Part shown: one piece after another, positions 16,057-20,134 of the stretch
Position numbering within the stretch: the first letter of the stretch is position 1
How the letters are laid out: each line of letters begins with the position of its first letter
DNA from: Fidelibacterota bacterium
Lineage (GTDB): Bacteria; Fidelibacterota; Marinisomatia; Marinisomatales; TCS56
Reading direction: 5' to 3'
Assembly: GCA_043822705.1 (NCBI GenBank)
Contig: JBDRBK010000046.1
Span: forward strand, 1 to 20,134
Length of the DNA stretch: 20,134 nucleotides
Program-made: the position numbers and the translations under genes
Notes under the pieces: generated by a model
What the model was told of the DNA's origin: nothing
What the model saw: the letters and a program-made list of their open reading frames with translations, nothing else
The model's database searches: none

Positions 16057-16123
16057 GTTGAAATTTAAGGCGGCAGTTAAAATTAAAAGTCTAATTAATT
16101 AATCCGGCGGCTGGCGAAATCGA

Positions 16124-16927
16124 TCAGAATCGCTCCGTCAGGGCGCGGATATCATCGACTGACTCGATATCGGTGTGTGCCAGATAATCAAGATGGATCG
16201 ATTTGAAGAACGACCGGATCTGGATCTGGTGCAGGTATTCGGACAATTTCAGCGGTATATGCTGGGTTTTGACCACCATTAATTTCAGGGGATATTGCAG
16301 ATCGGTGGAATCCAGTTCATTCAGGGCGGCCCGCCCGCTGCTCAGGCTGCGGCGCAGATCCTTGATTTCATCGAGTCGCAAATCGGCGGTGAATTCCCAG
16401 GGAGCGGTGATATCGGCCGCAGTGCGAATGAGGTCGTAACCCTGCTGAAACTGATCCAGAAACAGCCGGCCGTAGGTTCTGCGGCTCAGCAGCTTTTTGA
16501 TGGTCTTGGTGATCTGTTCGCGCTCGGCGATGAGAAAATTATGCCAGTCCTGAAAATGACTGCGGTACAAGAAGGGGCCGAAGGCCGTCGCCAGGGAATT
16601 TTCCGCATTGAAATAGGCTTTGACACCGTAAACCAGTTTCTGCAGTTGCCGGCGGATTTCCGCCGGGAATAATGGTGCCGTCAAAACCGGAAAAACCGTC
16701 CCCGGAATCAGGAAATCATCGGGGATTCCCAGTTCCCGGATATTCAGGCTGTAGCCTTTTTCGATACCCTGGATGTGCAGCTGAATAAAGGCGCCCAGAT
16801 CGCTCATTCGGATCAGGTTGGACAGGGCTCGGTCAAAATCGGGAGAAGTGGTAATGGAGGGCAACATCACCGAAGGTGAAAGTTCTGGAAACATAGCTAT
16901 TTGCCGCGGATCTCTTAACTCAAGCAT
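16124..16927 (-). CDS. Hypothetical protein, 267 aa, no cysteines
   Basis: Long ORF filling the gap, with a strong GGAGG SD before ATG 16927 and protein-like composition. No family recognised with confidence. Confidence 0.8.
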   Translation of the reverse strand: MLELRDPRQIAMFPELSPSVMLPSITTSPDFDRALSNLIRMSDLGAFIQLHIQGIEKGYSLNIRELGIPDDFLIPGTVFPVLTAPLFPAEIRRQLQKLVYGVKAYFNAENSLATAFGPFLYRSHFQDWHNFLIAEREQITKTIKKLLSRRTYGRLFLDQFQQGYDLIRTAADITAPWEFTADLRLDEIKDLRRSLSSGRAALNELDSTDLQYPLKLMVVKTQHIPLKLSEYLHQIQIRSFFKSIHLDYLAHTDIESVDDIRALTERF

Positions 16928-17006
16928 ATAACCTCCGGTCTGAGTTTACGACTTTGGCGGCAGAATATCAATGCATCCGATTTCGGGTAATTTTGTCCCA
17001 TTAACA

Positions 17007-17036
17007 TTGCCTTTCATATTTGACGGATGCTAAGTT
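17007..17036 (+). promoter_or_regulatory. Putative promoter of korAB
   Basis: TTGCCT (17007-17012), 18-nt spacer, TAAGTT (17031-17036) with an extended -10 TG. Confidence 0.5.
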
Positions 17037-17169
17037 TCCGCAAAAGAATTGTTGCCAATTGAACAATGACGATTTCCGCTTCGCGTTTTCTATCCTGTAT
17101 CAATGGAACCATTGCGCTCTGATCGAGTATCTATTACCGCTAATCAAGTATCACATCTGAGGAATTCTT

Positions 17170-19008
17170 ATGCCAAAAACCTTGAAACGAATTGATGATG
17201 TTACCATCCGTTTTGCCGGCGATTCCGGCGACGGTATGCAACTTACCGGTGATCGTTTCACAAGTGCTACCGCCATTATCGGCAATGATTTGAGTACCCT
17301 GCCGGATTATCCGGCGGAAATTCGCGCTCCCGCCGGTTCCCTGGCGGGCGTGAGTGCATTCCAACTGCACTTCAGTTCCCATGAAATATTCAGCCCCGGC
17401 GATGACCCGGATGTGCTGGTGGCGATGAACCCGGCCGCGTTGAAAGTGCATCTGCCCGAACTGGTACGGGGTGGAACGGTAATCCTCAACACCGCCAGTT
17501 TTACCCCGAAAAATATAAAACTGGCCCAGTACAATGTCAGTCCGCTGGACGACAACACATTGAAAGATTTTGTGGTTTATCCGGTCGATATGAGCCTGCT
17601 GGTGACCAACGCCTGCGCCGACATGGGCCTATCGCCCAAGATTGTTGAGCGGACCAAAAACATGTTCGCCCTGGGTATACTTTATTGGATGTACAACCGC
17701 CCGGTGGATACGACGATCCAGTGGCTGAAGGATAAATTCGCCCACAAACCGGATATCATCGAAGCTAATACCCGCGCCCTCAACGCCGGGTACAATTACG
17801 GCTCCACCAACCGGATTTTCACTACCAATTACAAAGTCGATGCGGCCCGCCTGAAACCGGGTGTATACCGCAACATCAGTGGCAATTTTGCCACGGCCCT
17901 GGGGTTGGTGGCGGCCGCGAAAAAGGCTGGATTAAATCTGTTCTACGGCAGTTATCCGATCACGCCGGCCAGCGATATTCTGCATCACCTGGCCGATATG
18001 CGCAATTACGGCGTGCGGACGTTTCAGGCGGAGGATGAGATCGCCGGAATTACTTCGGCGATCGGTGCGGCCTTCGCCGGTTCGCTGGCGGCCAGCGGCA
18101 CTTCCGGGCCCGGCCTGGCCCTGAAATCGGAAGCCCTGGGGCTGGCGGTCATGACCGAGTTGCCGTTAGTGATTATCAATGTCCAGCGCGGCGGACCGGC
18201 CACCGGTTTGCCGACCAAGACCGAACAGGCCGATCTGTTCCAGGCCATTTACGGCCGGAACGGCGAGGCGCCGATCCCGGTCATCTCGGCCCGCTCCCCA
18301 GGCGATTGTTTCACCGCCACCTACGAGGCTGCCCGGGTTGCCCTGAAGTACATGACCCCGGTGATCGTATTGACCGACGGTTATGTGGGCAACGGTTCGG
18401 AGCCCTGGAGCATCCCCAGCGTCGACGAACTGCCGGAAATAAAGGCTAATTTCTTCACTAAAGACAGCGGCCAGACCTACCAGCCTTACGGCCGTGACGA
18501 GACCACTTTGGCCCGTAAGTGGGTCGTACCCGGTACGCCGGGATTGGAGCATCGCATCGGTGGCCTGGAAAAGGAAAATGGCAGCGGCGATGTAAATTAC
18601 AGTCCCGAGAATCACCATCTGATGGTCACTCTGCGGGCCCGCAAAGTGGCGCAGGTCGCAGATGATATTTCACCCTGTAAGATCATCGGCGATGAGAGCG
18701 GCGATATCCTGATCGTTAGTTGGGGCAGTACCCGCGGTGCCTGCCGCGCCGCTCTGCAGAAGCTGCGGGCCGCGGGCAAATCGGTCAGCCACATGCATCT
18801 GCGCTGGCTCAATCCCTTGCCGCGGGAGCTGGGCGACATCCTGAAACGGTTCAAGAAAATATTTGTACCGGAGATCAACCTGGGGCAACTGGCCACAGTG
18901 CTCAGGTCACGGTATCTGATCGAACCGCACCAGCTCAACCTGGTGCGCGGGCGACCGTTCCTGACCCGTGAAATAATTGATGCTGTCAACGAATTGATAG
19001 ATGGATAA
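17170..19008 (+). CDS. korA: 2-oxoacid:ferredoxin oxidoreductase alpha subunit, two-subunit type (fused gamma+alpha domains)
   Basis: 612 aa: IRFAGDSGDGMQLTG, PDYPAEIRAPAG, YGSYPITPAS, QAEDEIAG, TSGPGLALKSE, QRGGPATGLPTKTEQADL, EHRIGGLEK. GAGGA SD upstream. Confidence 0.95.
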   Translation: MPKTLKRIDDVTIRFAGDSGDGMQLTGDRFTSATAIIGNDLSTLPDYPAEIRAPAGSLAGVSAFQLHFSSHEIFSPGDDPDVLVAMNPAALKVHLPELVRGGTVILNTASFTPKNIKLAQYNVSPLDDNTLKDFVVYPVDMSLLVTNACADMGLSPKIVERTKNMFALGILYWMYNRPVDTTIQWLKDKFAHKPDIIEANTRALNAGYNYGSTNRIFTTNYKVDAARLKPGVYRNISGNFATALGLVAAAKKAGLNLFYGSYPITPASDILHHLADMRNYGVRTFQAEDEIAGITSAIGAAFAGSLAASGTSGPGLALKSEALGLAVMTELPLVIINVQRGGPATGLPTKTEQADLFQAIYGRNGEAPIPVISARSPGDCFTATYEAARVALKYMTPVIVLTDGYVGNGSEPWSIPSVDELPEIKANFFTKDSGQTYQPYGRDETTLARKWVVPGTPGLEHRIGGLEKENGSGDVNYSPENHHLMVTLRARKVAQVADDISPCKIIGDESGDILIVSWGSTRGACRAALQKLRAAGKSVSHMHLRWLNPLPRELGDILKRFKKIFVPEINLGQLATVLRSRYLIEPHQLNLVRGRPFLTREIIDAVNELIDG

Positions 19009-20047
19009 GCCGATCATGGAAAAAAACGGAACAATTACAGTACAAGAACTGACCCGCATGGATTTCGCTTCCGACCAGGTGGTGAAATGGTGCCCGGGTT
19101 GCGGCGATTATTCGGTCCTGGCCCAGGTGCAGAAGGTATTCCCGACGCTGGGCGTACCCAAGGAGAATTTTGTAATCGTGTCCGGTATCGGCTGTTCCAG
19201 CCGGTTCCCGTATTACATGAATACTTACGGATTTCACGGTATCCACGGCCGGGCCGCCGCTATTGCCACCGGGGTCAAGCTGGCCAATCCCGACCTGTCG
19301 GTGTGGATCGTCACTGGTGACGGCGACAGTATGTCGATCGGCGGGAATCATTTCATCCACCTGCTGCGGCGCAATATCGATGTGAACATCCTGCTGTTCA
19401 ACAACCGCATTTACGGCCTGACCAAAGGTCAGTATTCACCGACTTCACCGCTGGGGAAGGTGACCAAATCGACACCCATGGGTTCATTGGACCATCCTTT
19501 CAATCCACCGGCCCTGGCCCTGGGTGCCGGTGCTTCATTCGTGGCGCGGACGATCGATAAGGAACCGAAGCATATGCAGGAAATGATCCAGCGCGCCCAT
19601 GCCCATCACGGTACCTCGTTCCTGGAAATTTATCAGAACTGCCTGATTTTCAACGACGGTGAATTTGCCAAGTACACCGACAAGGAAACCAAGGAAGACA
19701 ATGTGCTGGTGCTGGAACACGGGAAACCGATGATTTTCGGTAAAAACCGGGATAAGGGTATCCACTTGGCCGGGAATAGTCCACGGGTCGTGAATATCGG
19801 TCCCGAGGGGCAGTGGTCGGTCAACGATCTGTTGGTCCATGACGAAACCGATTGGATCATTGCCTCGATCCTGAGCCATTTCACTTACCGCGATGACCTG
19901 CCGACGCCGGTCGGCGTTCTCTATGCCGTGCAGCAATCGGTCTATGAGGACCTGCTGGTAGAGCAGTGCCGGCGGGCCGTCGAATTGAAAGGCGTAGGCG
20001 ATTTGCACGATTTGTTAAATTCCGGTGACACTTGGACCGTTAAATAA
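19001..20047 (+). CDS. korB: 2-oxoacid:ferredoxin oxidoreductase beta subunit
   Basis: 348 aa: WCPGCGDY, VSGIGCSSRFPYY, HGIHGRA, GDGDSMSIGGNH, NNRIYGLTKGQYSPT. Overlaps the korA stop. Confidence 0.95.
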   Translation: MDKPIMEKNGTITVQELTRMDFASDQVVKWCPGCGDYSVLAQVQKVFPTLGVPKENFVIVSGIGCSSRFPYYMNTYGFHGIHGRAAAIATGVKLANPDLSVWIVTGDGDSMSIGGNHFIHLLRRNIDVNILLFNNRIYGLTKGQYSPTSPLGKVTKSTPMGSLDHPFNPPALALGAGASFVARTIDKEPKHMQEMIQRAHAHHGTSFLEIYQNCLIFNDGEFAKYTDKETKEDNVLVLEHGKPMIFGKNRDKGIHLAGNSPRVVNIGPEGQWSVNDLLVHDETDWIIASILSHFTYRDDLPTPVGVLYAVQQSVYEDLLVEQCRRAVELKGVGDLHDLLNSGDTWTVK

Positions 20048-20083
20048 GATCAGTATCAAACAGATAATGATAACGGAGGGATT

Positions 20084-20134
20084 ATGACAGGTTTTAAACT
20101 TGACGAAGGCAAGCTCCGGGATGCCGTTCTGGAG
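20084..20134 (+). CDS. Start of an unidentified CDS running off the window
   Basis: GGAGG SD followed by ATG 20084: MTGFKLDEGKLRDAVLE. Too short to assign. Confidence 0.6.
   Translation, partial: MTGFKLDEGKLRDAVLE

Noticed and set aside
1..20134. Genome-wide TGA reassignment (genetic code 4 or 25)
   Set aside because: sufB, rrf2, fabF, OFOR alpha, gamma and delta end at TGA at their expected C-termini. Only two TGA codons are internal and both sit at Cys positions.

Overview
Gene-dense bacterial window from an anaerobe that decodes selenocysteine (Sec). Nearly all genes from 1 to 16927 are on the minus strand. In transcription order they are: a hypothetical protein; selD (Sec at an in-frame TGA); a two-CW-domain protein; a four-subunit 2-oxoacid:ferredoxin oxidoreductase (delta, alpha, beta, gamma); a GltD/NfnB-like flavoprotein fused to ferredoxin and MvhD domains; an HdrD-like (4Fe-4S + CCG) protein; an HdrA-MvhD fusion (Sec at an in-frame TGA, split in two by the ORF track); a 46-aa CxxC-CxxC microprotein missed by the ORF track; a stand-alone GAF protein; an orphan fabF; and an IscR-like rrf2-sufB-sufC operon with two IscR-type operator boxes. 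A second, two-subunit 2-oxoacid:ferredoxin oxidoreductase (korAB type) is transcribed divergently on the plus strand. Several intergenic spacers carry REP/MITE-like palindromic elements of at least three distinct types. The most notable feature is the selenium-dependent OFOR / NfnB-like-MvhD / HdrD / HdrA(Sec)-MvhD module. It has no HdrBC, hydrogenase or formate dehydrogenase genes in this window and is a candidate flavin-based electron-bifurcating complex coupled to 2-oxoacid oxidation. All protein assignments come from motif recognition only; no database searches were run.
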